A model generated the notes under the pieces. That model ran no database searches. It was not told where the DNA came from and saw nothing but the letters and a program-made list of their open reading frames with translations. A stretch of 63,582 nt of DNA, the filler included, from Hyphochytrium catenoides (lineage: Eukaryota; Protista; Hyphochytriomycota), in the NCBI GenBank assembly GCA_900088475.1. It is 5 parts of 5 records of this genome, joined end to end, with 100 filler letters (N's around TTAATTAATTAA, not from the genome) between each part and the next. Parts side by side here need not be neighbours in the genome. Positions count along the whole stretch, not along the records: positions 24,162 to 52,361 come from FLMG01001891.1; positions 52,462 to 61,732 come from FLMG01002421.1; 3 more parts are not named here. One strand, written 5' to 3'. This document shows, in pieces, positions 51,436-61,832 of this stretch (the stretch's first letter is position 1; every line of letters starts with the position of its first letter). The translations under genes were made by a program, and so were the position numbers.

Positions 51436-52302
51436 CTAGACCGTTTTCTTGCTCTCTCCATGCCCGCCACTGCCCTTAACTAACTCCAGCACTCGTTTGT
51501 AGTCATTGTCACTGCCAACGGCAATGAGCCGGCGGCCTAAACAGAAAATCGGATACGTGTCAGTTTAGAGTTGACGGAAGGGATCTCGAGAGTCACGCTG
51601 TAAGGGAGATGATATAAAGAGACAAAAACGCATTGGACTCACGTCTGCCCGATCTCTGCTTCGTGGCTGTGTCTATCACTGCAAAAGGAAATAGGTCCTT
51701 TCGCAGCCCATTGGTATCAGAGGGTGACAAGGAGGATGCTTCCTCAGTCTCACGAGCCAACTCCCAGTATCTCTTGCAGGAGATGCCAGACTTGGCATCT
51801 TCCATTGTCTGACAAGCGGTAAAGCAGCGAAGGATGGCGTTAGGTTCTAAAAACTACGAAGACTGACCTCAAATTTACCACTTCCGGGAGCAAAAAGGTG
51901 ATAGTACATTACCCGCCAAGAACCCACATGTCTCATTCTCATCTACAACTCAGGCACTACTAAGGCTCACCCTTACCTTCCACATCTCCATCTTCCTGCC
52001 TCTGATGACTGCGTAGTGCTCCGTCCATTGCCCAAAGAGTCCATCCGTTCGCTTCCAAACCGTTCCCGCCCAGTCCGCCTGCATCTTGGTCGCAACGATC
52101 TTTGACCCTTTATTGGCGACATAGCGAAGATGCTGAGTGCGGAAGACGGCCTACGGGAAGAGATCAGGATGAGTAGCCCCGGAAAAGAGAAGTTTAGCAG
52201 CGACAGTCTTTCCTGATCCCGACCCCAAGTGTGAAGCCTCGCATATACCGTCCTTCCATCTTCCGCGTTGGCGTTCGAAATACATCCCCTTCCTACTATC
52301 AT
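51436..52302 (-). CDS. Small PH-domain protein, convergent with ITPR. Core exons 52084-51977, 51808-51643, 51536-51436; possible extra 5' exon from ATG 52302
   Basis: Spliced product MQADWAGTVWKRTDGLFGQWTEHYAVIRGRKMEMWK|TMEDAKSGISCKRYWEL...DLFPFAVIDTATKQRSGR|RRRLIAVGSDNDYKRVLELVK... follows the PH pattern (G-x-L/V-x-K, W-xx-R/H-Y, F-x-I/V, C-terminal helix). Donors GTAAGG and GTGAGT with consistent phases 0 and 1. Confidence 0.65.
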
Positions 52303-52361
52303 TGTCGAGTTACGTGGTCTTCTGTTCGCATTTGGGCTACGCTTGTTTCGGTTCGCATTTG

Positions 52362-52461
52362 NNNNNNNNNNNNNNNNNNNNNNNNNNNNNNNNNNNNNNN
52401 NNNNNTTAATTAATTAANNNNNNNNNNNNNNNNNNNNNNNNNNNNNNNNNNNNNNNNNNNN
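52362..52461. other. Artificial contig-joining spacer
   Basis: N44-TTAATTAATTAA-N44. Confidence 0.98.
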
Positions 52462-53525
52462 CCGACTTTTCACCGTATAAATTCCCTCTATTTTATAAAG
52501 AATTGTTACTTTTATAAAGACTTTATACACTTCCAAACTACACTTATCGGCTAATCCAAAAATTGAAGCAGAGAAGCCTATCTATTATTGGATGTGCCTG
52601 GCGTTCTACCGTGATAACGATATCCTCGCTGATTATTACTATTCTCAGGAGATCCAGTGCTAATTAAGCGGCAACTAGCAGCTCATACAATTTCGGTGAA
52701 TGTGGTCTATTGAAGCGCTTGCGAGAGGTCTTCCAGGTATAGCAGATGATGATTCTGTTGAGTAGCGTGTGAGTGCAACAGAAAGGATGGCTCGAAGGAC
52801 TCGTGCTATTGACAACCACCACCGTAGCAAAATGCACTATGCGACCCACCATACATCCTCAGGAAGGGTGCACTTCTCCTCTTCCTGCATTTTTCTTTCT
52901 CTTCTTCCTGCACTTCTGTCCTTCCTGCACGTCTCTTCTTCCCACAGTTCTGTTTCACATGGAGACGTTTATTTCAAGTAGTTCTATTATCCCTATCTGG
53001 CCTTTGTCCTTCGGCTGCAATATAAATGACCTTCGTTATTATTATTTGTCACTCAGTAGGTAGTCTAATCTAACCTACATAACAGACCCAGAAGGCCTCC
53101 AAGAAGAAAGGACAGCTTCATGATTGGCGATGAGCAGCAAAAGAAGTGGTGATGGACTCACCAAGGCGTTGACTTACGGGTTTTCTGCATGGTCAGTGGT
53201 ATCTTGTTTTTCTGTCATTTTGTGAATGAGCAGCCTTCTCAGACAAAGTGCTTCTACTGGTTATAAAAGTATTACTCTTCTCTTGTTGGTAACCTTCAGC
53301 TAATGCCGCTTGCAGGCTGGCAATGCTGAGAGCAGAGGACCAAAGCTGCAGCTCTTCCACGGTCACAGTCCAATTTTCCTCATTGGCCAAAAAGCTCAGG
53401 ACACCCACACGTCCCGCTGCTTCCCATTGCGCCGGGTGTAGGCTACATATCTCTTCGCCGCAAACCACTACTTTGTGGGCGTCGACTGCTACGCCATCCT
53501 TCAAGAGGATAAAAGGAAAAAAAAA

Positions 53526-54998
53526 ATGAGGCGGAGATTATATTTCTTGATAGCCTTAGTCCTCTCTCTAGAAGGGTACCTCCCTAATCTAGACGTCCAA
53601 GCCGCGCCAGACCCCCTTGCTTCTATGCGGTACATCATCTATCCCAGAACAGGACTGTTCGATTCCTTCAATGTGACTCGCTTCCTGGGTGACGATCGAG
53701 ATATCAAAACCCTTCATAACCTCCGGAGTATCGGAGCAAAAGCCATTGAAGTCAGGACAGAAGCGGCACTCAGGAGACTTAGGGCAAGTCAGCTGTTCGC
53801 TAAGGTTGAGGAGGACCTCATACGGACTGCCATTCCCTTTGAATTTCAACGCAACGGAATGAATTCTGCCTCTTCTTCCAATAACGGTAACAGTGCCGTC
53901 CAAAGCTATCTGTACGGCTTAAAACTTATCGGAGCATTGCAGACGCCACTTAAGCCAGGAGTTAAAAGGCAGGACCTAGTAGTCTGCGTCCCTGACTCAG
54001 GAGTAGCCGCCAGGATTCCTGCTTTCCAAGGTTCTTCTATTGATGGATTTCAGAACTATACCAATACTTGTGATCCACATGGTACTCATGTGGCTGGAAC
54101 CATCGGCGCTGCCCAGCAAAATCCTCGCGTGGCAGTGGCTCCAGGCATCCACCTTTACATTGTTAAAATCCCCAACAATAGGCCGAACACGTGTTCGCGC
54201 TACTGGATGTCGGACATACTAGCTGCTGCAAACACCTGCAGGCAAGAGACAGGCAACGCAAAACTCATAATAAACATGAGTGTGGGCGGGCCCGGATCCT
54301 CAGAGACAGAAGCTGCAGCATACAAGAGCCTCGCGGACCGTGGAGTGCTGATTGTCGCAGCTGCAGGCAATAGCGGAAACTCAACGTTTTTGTATCCTGC
54401 CTCCTATCCCAGCGTAATGTCAGTGGGCTCCGTCGATGCCAACAGGAAATTATCCAGCTTCACTCAGTGGAACAAGGAAGTGGACATTGTTGCTCCAGGT
54501 GACGGAGTTGGAAGTTATGGGGCTGATGGTTCTTTCATTGCCATGACGGGAACTTCCATGGCCGTACCTCACGTTTCAGGTGCCGCAGCCATTGTTTGGA
54601 GTTATGGATTAAGCCGCGGATGGACCAATTTGGACGTCCGCAAGGTGCTAGAGGAGACAGCTATGGATCTCGGTGCTCCTGGTCGTGACGATTACTATGG
54701 CAAGGGGCTTGTAAACGTGTGTGCGGCTGCGAAGAAGGCGGGTTTTGACCCTTCGAATGCAGTCAAGTGCCCTGGACAGCCCACTCCTACTCCGGCGCCG
54801 AGTCCGCCGAGTCCAACTCCCTCCAGAACTCCACCTCCTCAACCTCCAATGTCTACCCCCCGTCCCACTCCGACACTCAGTCCTATTCCTAGCCCCACTC
54901 CCTCGCCCACCACCAAACCTCCTTCTCCAACACCAGCCCCGCGACCAACTTGCTGGATGACTCCATTTCTGTGCTGTCTATTTTATGGATGTCCGTGA
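53526..54998 (+). CDS. Secreted subtilisin-like serine protease (peptidase S8A), 490 aa, intronless, with Pro/Thr/Ser tail and Cys-rich tip
   Basis: Signal peptide MRRRLYFLIALVLSLEG; propeptide ending VEEDLIR; catalytic Asp (VCVPDSGV), His (HGTHVAGTI), oxyanion Asn (AAAGN), Ser (GTSMAVPHVSG); DDYYGKGLVN. Confidence 0.93.
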   Translation: MRRRLYFLIALVLSLEGYLPNLDVQAAPDPLASMRYIIYPRTGLFDSFNVTRFLGDDRDIKTLHNLRSIGAKAIEVRTEAALRRLRASQLFAKVEEDLIRTAIPFEFQRNGMNSASSSNNGNSAVQSYLYGLKLIGALQTPLKPGVKRQDLVVCVPDSGVAARIPAFQGSSIDGFQNYTNTCDPHGTHVAGTIGAAQQNPRVAVAPGIHLYIVKIPNNRPNTCSRYWMSDILAAANTCRQETGNAKLIINMSVGGPGSSETEAAAYKSLADRGVLIVAAAGNSGNSTFLYPASYPSVMSVGSVDANRKLSSFTQWNKEVDIVAPGDGVGSYGADGSFIAMTGTSMAVPHVSGAAAIVWSYGLSRGWTNLDVRKVLEETAMDLGAPGRDDYYGKGLVNVCAAAKKAGFDPSNAVKCPGQPTPTPAPSPPSPTPSRTPPPQPPMSTPRPTPTLSPIPSPTPSPTTKPPSPTPAPRPTCWMTPFLCCLFYGCP

Positions 54999-56900
54999 GC
55001 GAGCGGTAGGCACAATTCCCATTAGACTTCACAGTTCTTTGGTCTCCCTTAATAGAGTTCTGTCGTTTAGAAAAGAGCTGTCCTACTAGCCACTGCTTAT
55101 ACTCCTTTCACAGATGCTAGTAGGAAGACACAATTGTCTCCCCCCAATAACCAAAACTAAGCTTATAATTTACTGTTTACCTGTTTAGCTCATTGAATAG
55201 ATACTCTCTGCCTTCCCACCTCACAGGCGGAGCCCCTTACAGTTAGCGTTAGTGGACTGCTCGTAGTAGCAGGGATGGCGGCAGCTATGAGTTCCCACTC
55301 TGCCAGCTCTACCTCTTTACAATAGCTTAGGCCCTGCCATCAATGTTACCTTATTCCACCTCTCCATGTCTTCTTTTTTCTGGCTTTTTGTTCGTTTCTC
55401 TCTCGGTTCCTTATTAGTTCCCAAAGTAAAAATAATCACAGGGTTGGGAATATGTTCTCTTCAGTCTTCAGGTCAATGGAAAGTGTACCACTACATCAGC
55501 CTTTGCCCTCGACCCCTTCGTCCAATGAGAGAAGCTGACATGCTACCAACTGTGTCAACTCGTCGTTAGGGTTAGCAACAGGACCGCTCAGATGTTAGAG
55601 AGGGGTAGTAGCAGCAACAGTGGTTTTAGGTAAGAGAGCTTCTTACTGCTGGCTGCTGAAGATGATTGGCGACGACAGGCAGTCTCTTTCGCATTGTTCT
55701 TGCCACACTTTTATGAGAAGAGAGGCAGCAACAACCTGAGAGAAAAGGAGGACAATATTTGGCGAGGTTTTACCCTTTTCTTTTCGCGTTCGTCGTTATT
55801 CTGTGATGCTCAAATCGGATGTTGTTGTCCATCGGCAGTTTGCTCCTGGCCCAGGAAGAAGGTAGCTTACTGCGTGGTTATTATTGGTGGAAGAGGAGGA
55901 GGTTCAAGCGGGAGGAGGAGGTTCAAGCGGGACGAGGAGGCTCGTGGTCCATCAATAAGTACTAGCCGTGTCCTAAACTGACATGAAGCTGAAGTACGAT
56001 TCCTCCTTCTACGTAGTACGACGACTAGTAGCAGCAGCTCTGTCCTATTATCAACTATTTATAGTTAAACAGTCATACCAACAAAATTGGTGGTCCGACG
56101 ATTGCCATATCCAGCGGCACTTCGTAGGCCGGTCCTGCTCTTTTGTCTCTTCCTAGCATTACGCTTCTCCTCCAGAAGGTGCTTTTCATCAGGCGACAGG
56201 GTCTGGTGGAAGACCGAGCAAGAAGAACGTGAGGTTTGTCCCTTCTTCCTCTTACCTCGCCAGGAAGACCTAATATCGCAAGACGGATAAACCACCAGTC
56301 TTCTCGGCAAAAGAGCACTAACAAAAGAGCTGCTGCGTTGCACGACGAATTGGAAAAGAAAACGATGGTCCTCCTCGTCCGAAGGATAAACCAGAAAGGA
56401 AGAAGCACATAGCGGTTGTTACACCTGAGTTTGTGTCCATCATCATCGTATCAACGAGATTGCTTTTGAATGTCCTTTATTGATGTTAGTAGACACTCAA
56501 AGCTCCAACCTTTGCAGTTTCTAATACGATGATAAACATCAAATGTCTTCCAAATGTCTTCGGTTCTTGAGACTTTGAAACAAAAGACTTCAATGCAGGG
56601 AAAAGAAAGAATCATGCGGTGGGAGGGCGGGAGTACTCCGAGAGAGGGAAAAGAAGAACTGAGTGCCGAGTGAGTGAACGAGGCTAGTCAGTTCGTTCCC
56701 TCTCTCTTACCAGTCATTCCAGTTGTTGGATGCCAGAACCAACACAATAGAATGACGGAATTGAGTTGAGCGATGATGAACTTATTTGCAATAAGGGACA
56801 TCATCGCATCAATGAGATTGCTTTGATCTCCGTCCCGTTGTTCTTCTGTCCAGGAAAGAGCTCATCCGAGTATTTGACCTGCTAACAGATGGTGTTGCTG

Positions 56901-58100
56901 TCACACCATCCGATGCTGAGGGGTGAGACCCACGATATCCCCAAAGAAGAAAGAGTCGTCGCTATGAGGGGCGCGCTCGTTGCCATAGCGCCTGTACGTT
57001 TGTGAGTCCCAATCCCCCAGGTACTGCACCATCTCATCCTTGACACCCGCCGCCCGGCAGGCTGTCACGAAGCCATGGCGTAGGCTGTGCCATGAGAGGT
57101 TGCTCGTCGAGGACTGTAGCCCGCCTGGGCCTCGACAGAGTCGCCGCAAAGCTGAATTTGCGCTTGTGTTGTTGGCGGACGGTGCAATACGCTCCTCACT
57201 ACTGGATGCTGTTGGCGCCGACGGTGAGTGTGTCCTGCTGCGTCTAGTTGTAGCTCCACCAGAGAGTATTCGCCGCTGAAGCTCTTGCAAAGCCTGTCGC
57301 AATGGCGCCGGAACAATTTGTCTCAGTTGGATTGCTGCTGGACTCTGCGTGGCCCTCATCTTTTTTCTGACTTCCGGACCCAGGGTAATGACTAACTCTT
57401 GGCAGTCCCAGCTGACATCAAGCCATCGCAGATGAAGTGCTGCATTGACCCTGAGTCCATACATGAAGGAAAGAGCAATGATGAGTACCCAGCGTAAGTC
57501 TGTGTACATGCTACCTGTTGCCATCTCCCCTTTTTGCAGCTGCTGCGTCGTTCCCCACTGAATGAGTCGTCGGACCATGCTCGAGTGAACAGGTTGCGCG
57601 GTTGTCTTCCCCACTGGTCTGGAAGGACTGCTTGCCATTGTCATGTTGCTCTCCTCCCGGTCGCCTCTCTCCTGGGTTGCCGGAACTGATGCCTTGGCTG
57701 CTGTTGACACCATTGTTGTCTGGCTAAGATACAAGCGTTCATATGAATGCTTGAAACTCTTGACCACCTCTGTCGAGGGAAACGGCCACTCTTGGAGTTC
57801 GTGTAGCTTCCGTAAGGCTGCTGCTTTTTGCGGTACTGAGCTGGGCTGTATGCCTCTTGATCGTAACCAGCTAAAATACCCTGCCAGCTTTCCTTGTGTC
57901 ACAGGCCAGGCCCCGTCGCTTTGCCTCCGTTCACCATACCAGTAGTGCAGGTACTCGTCAATGTGACCCTGGTAGGTTCGCCAAGTATTGTCCGCTAGGA
58001 TACCTCTCAAGATCTGTTCCGCTCCTTCTCTGTCTTTAAGTGGCGTCCCTGCTAAGGTGCTCTTGCGCCACCTTTCTAGAAGCGCCGTGGCACTGAGATT
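56901..58100 (-). CDS. DIRS tyrosine recombinase (core-binding + catalytic domain); reading frame open
   Basis: LADNTWRTYQGH N-domain; YGLRVNAALHLRW (R), RKK (K), WHSLRHG (HxxR), LGDWDSQTYRRYG (W...Y). The true start is uncertain because the frame extends upstream over the RNase H ORF. Confidence 0.88.
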   Translation of the reverse strand, partial: NLSATALLERWRKSTLAGTPLKDREGAEQILRGILADNTWRTYQGHIDEYLHYWYGERRQSDGAWPVTQGKLAGYFSWLRSRGIQPSSVPQKAAALRKLHELQEWPFPSTEVVKSFKHSYERLYLSQTTMVSTAAKASVPATQERGDREESNMTMASSPSRPVGKTTAQPVHSSMVRRLIQWGTTQQLQKGEMATGSMYTDLRWVLIIALSFMYGLRVNAALHLRWLDVSWDCQELVITLGPEVRKKMRATQSPAAIQLRQIVPAPLRQALQELQRRILSGGATTRRSRTHSPSAPTASSSEERIAPSANNTSANSALRRLCRGPGGLQSSTSNLSWHSLRHGFVTACRAAGVKDEMVQYLGDWDSQTYRRYGNERAPHSDDSFFFGDIVGLTPQHRMV

Positions 58101-59830
58101 CTCACGGCAATCATATTCCAAGCCCGGACTCTCTGCGGCCAGGTCACGTGCTCGCGTCTGACCTTCATCATGTCCTGACTCAAGCTGAGTAGAGATGGCC
58201 ACCACAGTGCCCCGTCCCAGAGAGGACAGATCAGTATTCCGGTCCCGCCCTCCTGCTGAATCTTCTGCAACGTCCATGATATCAAGGGGAAGGGCGGCGC
58301 CCACCAGCATATCTGTCGGTTCCACGGCTGATCTAGCGCGTCTCTTCCCTGTGTTCCCGTCACGCTGTGCCAAGAGAAATGGGTGTCCGTGAGTGCGTTC
58401 CATTCTTCTGAGAAACAATCCACTGTTGCTATCAGACCCATAGTCCTCTGAATTCGCATGGTTTCCTCCTTCGTCACTGTCCACTGATGGCGAGGGTCCC
58501 ATCGTGAGAGGTAGTCCGCGAGGGTGTTGTCCATCCCCGGTAGGTGCTCCACCTCCTGCGGCCAGCTCAATCCTTTCTTCTTGCATTGGCCCAGCAAGAA
58601 GTATAGCTCCTTCTGAATCCTTCTCGATCCACTCGACCTCTTGCGCAGTGCCCACATAGTTGAACTGGAGTCCGTCTTTAGTCGCCAAGGATGTCCTTGC
58701 AGATGATCTGCTACTCCAATGACCGCCCTTCTGACGGCCCTCGTCTCCAGGACTGCAATCGGCAGCCCTAACTCCACTGGCGTCCAGCTCCCGCGCACTG
58801 CCACTAACGTCCTCCAATCCTGTCCGCGTAGCTCCTGCAGTATGGCACCCCAGCCGCTGCCTATTGTCTCTTTGCACGCGTCTGTGGTCAGCTCCAGTCG
58901 TACTGGTCTGGGCCACAACTCCGTGTCCGGGAGCTCTTGTAGCCGCCTTAACATATTCTTCACCATTCTCTCCCTCCTTCCGCTGAGACCTTTCCTTCCC
59001 AACCGGCTGCCTGACGCAGAACTGTGTAGAAGGTATTAAAGCGTGGCGCTGGATAATTTCGCTTGTCGGATGCTGCAGATAACTCCTATTCATGTTCCTA
59101 GCTGTCGCTTCGCTATCCAGCGCCCCCGTCGTCGAAGGGTTATGGCGATTTCCTCGCTCAGGCGTTCGATCTTCGCCCAAGACTTGGGCTGCGCTGCCAC
59201 TGTTCCCTTCTCTAGGTCTATCGTGAACCCCAGCAAATCTAACTTGTGACTGGGCTCCCATTGCCCTTTCTCCGGGTGCCGCACTAAAACCCAATTTGTC
59301 CAACGTTCTCTCCACTTGAGCTCTGATCGTCAGTACTTTCTCGGGTGTCTCCACCACTGCCCAGTCGTCTACGTAATTGAAAGCTCGTACTCCCTGCTCT
59401 CGTAAATGCTTTGCCACCGTCTTCATGCACAGACAGAACATCTCTGGGCTCCGGTTCCAGCCGAATGGCAGCACTTGATACTGGTACAGCTTCCCTAGCA
59501 CCCTGATCTGAAAGTACTTCTGATCCGATGGGTGAATCCCAAGCATGTGATACCCATCCTTCAGATCCCATGAAAAGCCGACCATCCCCGGTCGCGCTAT
59601 CACACCCAACTCTCTTATCCGCTCGTACTCCACACTCTTCGGCTCCACGTGTTGATTCAGGGGCTGTAAGTCTGCGATTAGCCTGTTTCCCCTGGCGTGC
59701 TGTTGTGTATGAAGAAGCACGGGCTCACGCAGTGCGCCTGACTGTCGTCGATCTCCTTCAGCACTCCCATCATTACTTGTTTGCCAATCTCCTTCTGGCA
59801 CTGTTCCCTGGTCACTCCTGTCTCCCGATG
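58076..59830 (-). pseudogene. DIRS RT-RNase H-Dam-like methyltransferase ORF, disrupted
   Basis: Frameshift near 59690 (EIGKQVMMGVLKE...SPCFF lies in another frame than RLIADL). Frameshift at the TTTT run ~59287. Stop at 59090 and another at ~59037. MTase motifs TVDCFS...DALDQPW...WWAPPFPLI...ILICPLW...WWP. Confidence 0.85.
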
Positions 59831-60216
59831 CCAGTACCCATAATAATGCAGGAAACCAAGGAGAAGAAGTGCTAGCGACGTCAGCTAAGAAACAACACAG
59901 GGACCAAAACCAGGCCAACCCTAGGACCCCGAAAACCATTGTGTCCCGGCAGAACACAATGGACCACCTAGCAGGCTATTTAAAAGACCGAGCATCCATG
60001 GCCATGGCCAAAGAGAAAGACGCGCGGAATGAGCAGGAGACGCGCCAGCTCAAATTTGCTAGGTATCGAGAAGTTCTGAGAACAATCGAAGAGCAAAGAA
60101 AGCTCTTGCGTGAAGCTAAGCAACGGGCCGAAGCTCCTGAGATTGTTGCTGATATAGAAGAAAAGATAGAATTTTTGCTCTCCCAGCGCAAAACGCTACG
60201 AGCTCAACTAGATTAA
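59821..60216 (+). pseudogene. Probable 3' remnant of the Harbinger accessory (Myb/SANT-type) ORF; only the coiled-coil C-terminus remains
   Basis: Charged coiled-coil ORF convergent with the Harbinger transposase, 148 bp from its stop. Its 5' end runs straight into DIRS sequence. No Myb motif is visible, so identity is inferred from layout. Confidence 0.4.
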
Positions 60217-60364
60217 CCATAAATCAAGAAAATACCCTTCCGCTTAGGGTTCTTCCTTCTAATCATTTTCTGGCTAACTGTGGACGATAAGACGACGGGG
60301 CAAGGAGCAAGGTGGGCTATAGCGGCTATGAAGAAGGGTGAAAATATAATCTTAAGAGCAAGCA

Positions 60365-61555
60365 TTATCTAGTTAGGATGCTATTGGGGCTATTACGAAC
60401 CATATTCCTGTGTGGCCGGACGAGGTTTTTCCGTGCAATGCGTTCAACGATCATCCCTCTTAGATGGCTGTTCCCTGAACGATTAATCATTCCAGAGCTA
60501 GGCAGGTACCCTAGGGGTCTTCCTAGACGAATTGCATCGATGTTCTCCTCTGCCGCTTTATAATCAGGGTCTTCCTTGTGTCGCTGATCAATGCAAAAGT
60601 TGTGAAGCTTCATGCAGCACTTAACAATCCGCGGGACGTTCTCCAGCTTAACCTCCAATGGCTTCTTGAAGATCCGCCATTTAGTAACAAGAAGCCCAAA
60701 CGCTTGCTCGATCCGGATGCGCAACTGACTGAGATAAAAGTTGTAGGCACTACATTGCTGATCACCTCCATCGTCTCCCGAAAATGGCGTCAGAAGGTAC
60801 TCAGAAGCAGTATAAGCGTTATCACCAATGATGTAGTGACCTACTGGAAGGCTCTCCACAATGTTGGCAAGGCTACTCTCCGCATATGCCCTACTATCGT
60901 TGGCTCCGCCAGGTGAACCCACAAAGTAATAATTGAACTTGCAGTCAGCGTCGCAAGCTGCCTGGACGTTGAGCCCGTAGCACTTGTAGTGGCCAGAGAA
61001 ATAACTCACCACATTTGGCGTCTCCTTCCTGGCAGGAACCTTGATGTTGCAAAGCCAGCCATCAAGGGCAGCGACGCAGCCTTTGAAGCAGCCTTCCGTA
61101 CTGAGGGATTCAAAAGCTTCTGCAGCCCGTCTAATCTCCATCCAAGAGGCTGGGAACTTCACTGCCAAAGATGGCTCTTCGTTAATCGCATCAATGACCA
61201 TATAAAGACAGCGGTAGAATGATGTCTTACTCACTCCAGAATACCGGCGGATATCATGAGCGCAGCCGCCTCCGAGCCAGCGTAAGGCCATTTGGAGCAT
61301 GATTGGAGGTGTAATGGGTTCCGCAGCATTTCTCGTCCTAAGCCGAGACATGGCCTCGTCTTGCTGAAGCCTGGTAGCCACCTTTTCTAGAAGTATATCA
61401 ATGGCTCTTGGAGATAGTCTCATGACTTTTGTGAACTGGCCTTCGTTCACTAGCCTTTCCACCTCTGTTACCCACGAAAGGCGAGGTCTGAACACCCCTT
61501 GGGAAGTCATCCCGGATAATGGCTGCTCCCAACAAAGCTCAGTCGTTTTAGCCAT
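60365..61555 (-). mobile_element. PIF/Harbinger DDE transposase (DDE_Tnp_4 / HARBI1-like), intact 396-aa ORF
   Basis: LQMALRWLGGG...GVSKTSFY helix-turn-helix; GCVAALDG (D); YFSGHYKCYGLNVQAACD; GGANDS; IGDNAY (D); YNFYLSQLRIRIEQAFGLLVTKWRIF (E); CMKLHNFC. Confidence 0.93.
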
Positions 61556-61732
61556 CTAGCCTGCACCGCCTCCTCTTCCGGACTGAGATTCCATAACTCT
61601 CCATAATTTATGCAGAGTATAAGGAAAGGCCTCTTGGTTAGGCTTATCAGAGTGCCGCTACTACTAATCATTTTCGTTCATTAATAGATTTTCCCCTTAG
61701 ACCACAGTCCCATTCCTTACATTTGGTAGCTT

Positions 61733-61832
61733 NNNNNNNNNNNNNNNNNNNNNNNNNNNNNNNNNNNNNNNNNNNNTTAATTAATTAANNNNNNNNNNNN
61801 NNNNNNNNNNNNNNNNNNNNNNNNNNNNNNNN
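61733..61832. other. Artificial contig-joining spacer
   Basis: N44-TTAATTAATTAA-N44. Confidence 0.98.

Larger units (their letters stand above)
56441..59830 (-). mobile_element. DIRS-type tyrosine-recombinase retrotransposon, 5'-truncated (no gag), RT-RNaseH-MTase frame disrupted
   Basis: RT (RLIADLQPLN, DLKDGYH, YQVLPFGW, YVDD); RNase H (LTTDA...GWGA, IAVLETRA, KTDS, NTLADYLSR); Dam-like MTase; YR in an overlapping frame. Boundaries approximate. Confidence 0.9.

Noticed and set aside
59690-59957. Hydrophobic 'signal peptide' at the start of the 1018-aa ORF, suggesting a secreted RT-recombinase
   Set aside because: It is the antisense of the neighbouring coiled-coil ORF plus out-of-frame DIRS sequence; the real pre-RT residues are in another frame.
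12537-61832. Recurrent palindrome TTAATTAATTAA
   Set aside because: Always embedded in identical N-runs: an assembly linker, not biology.
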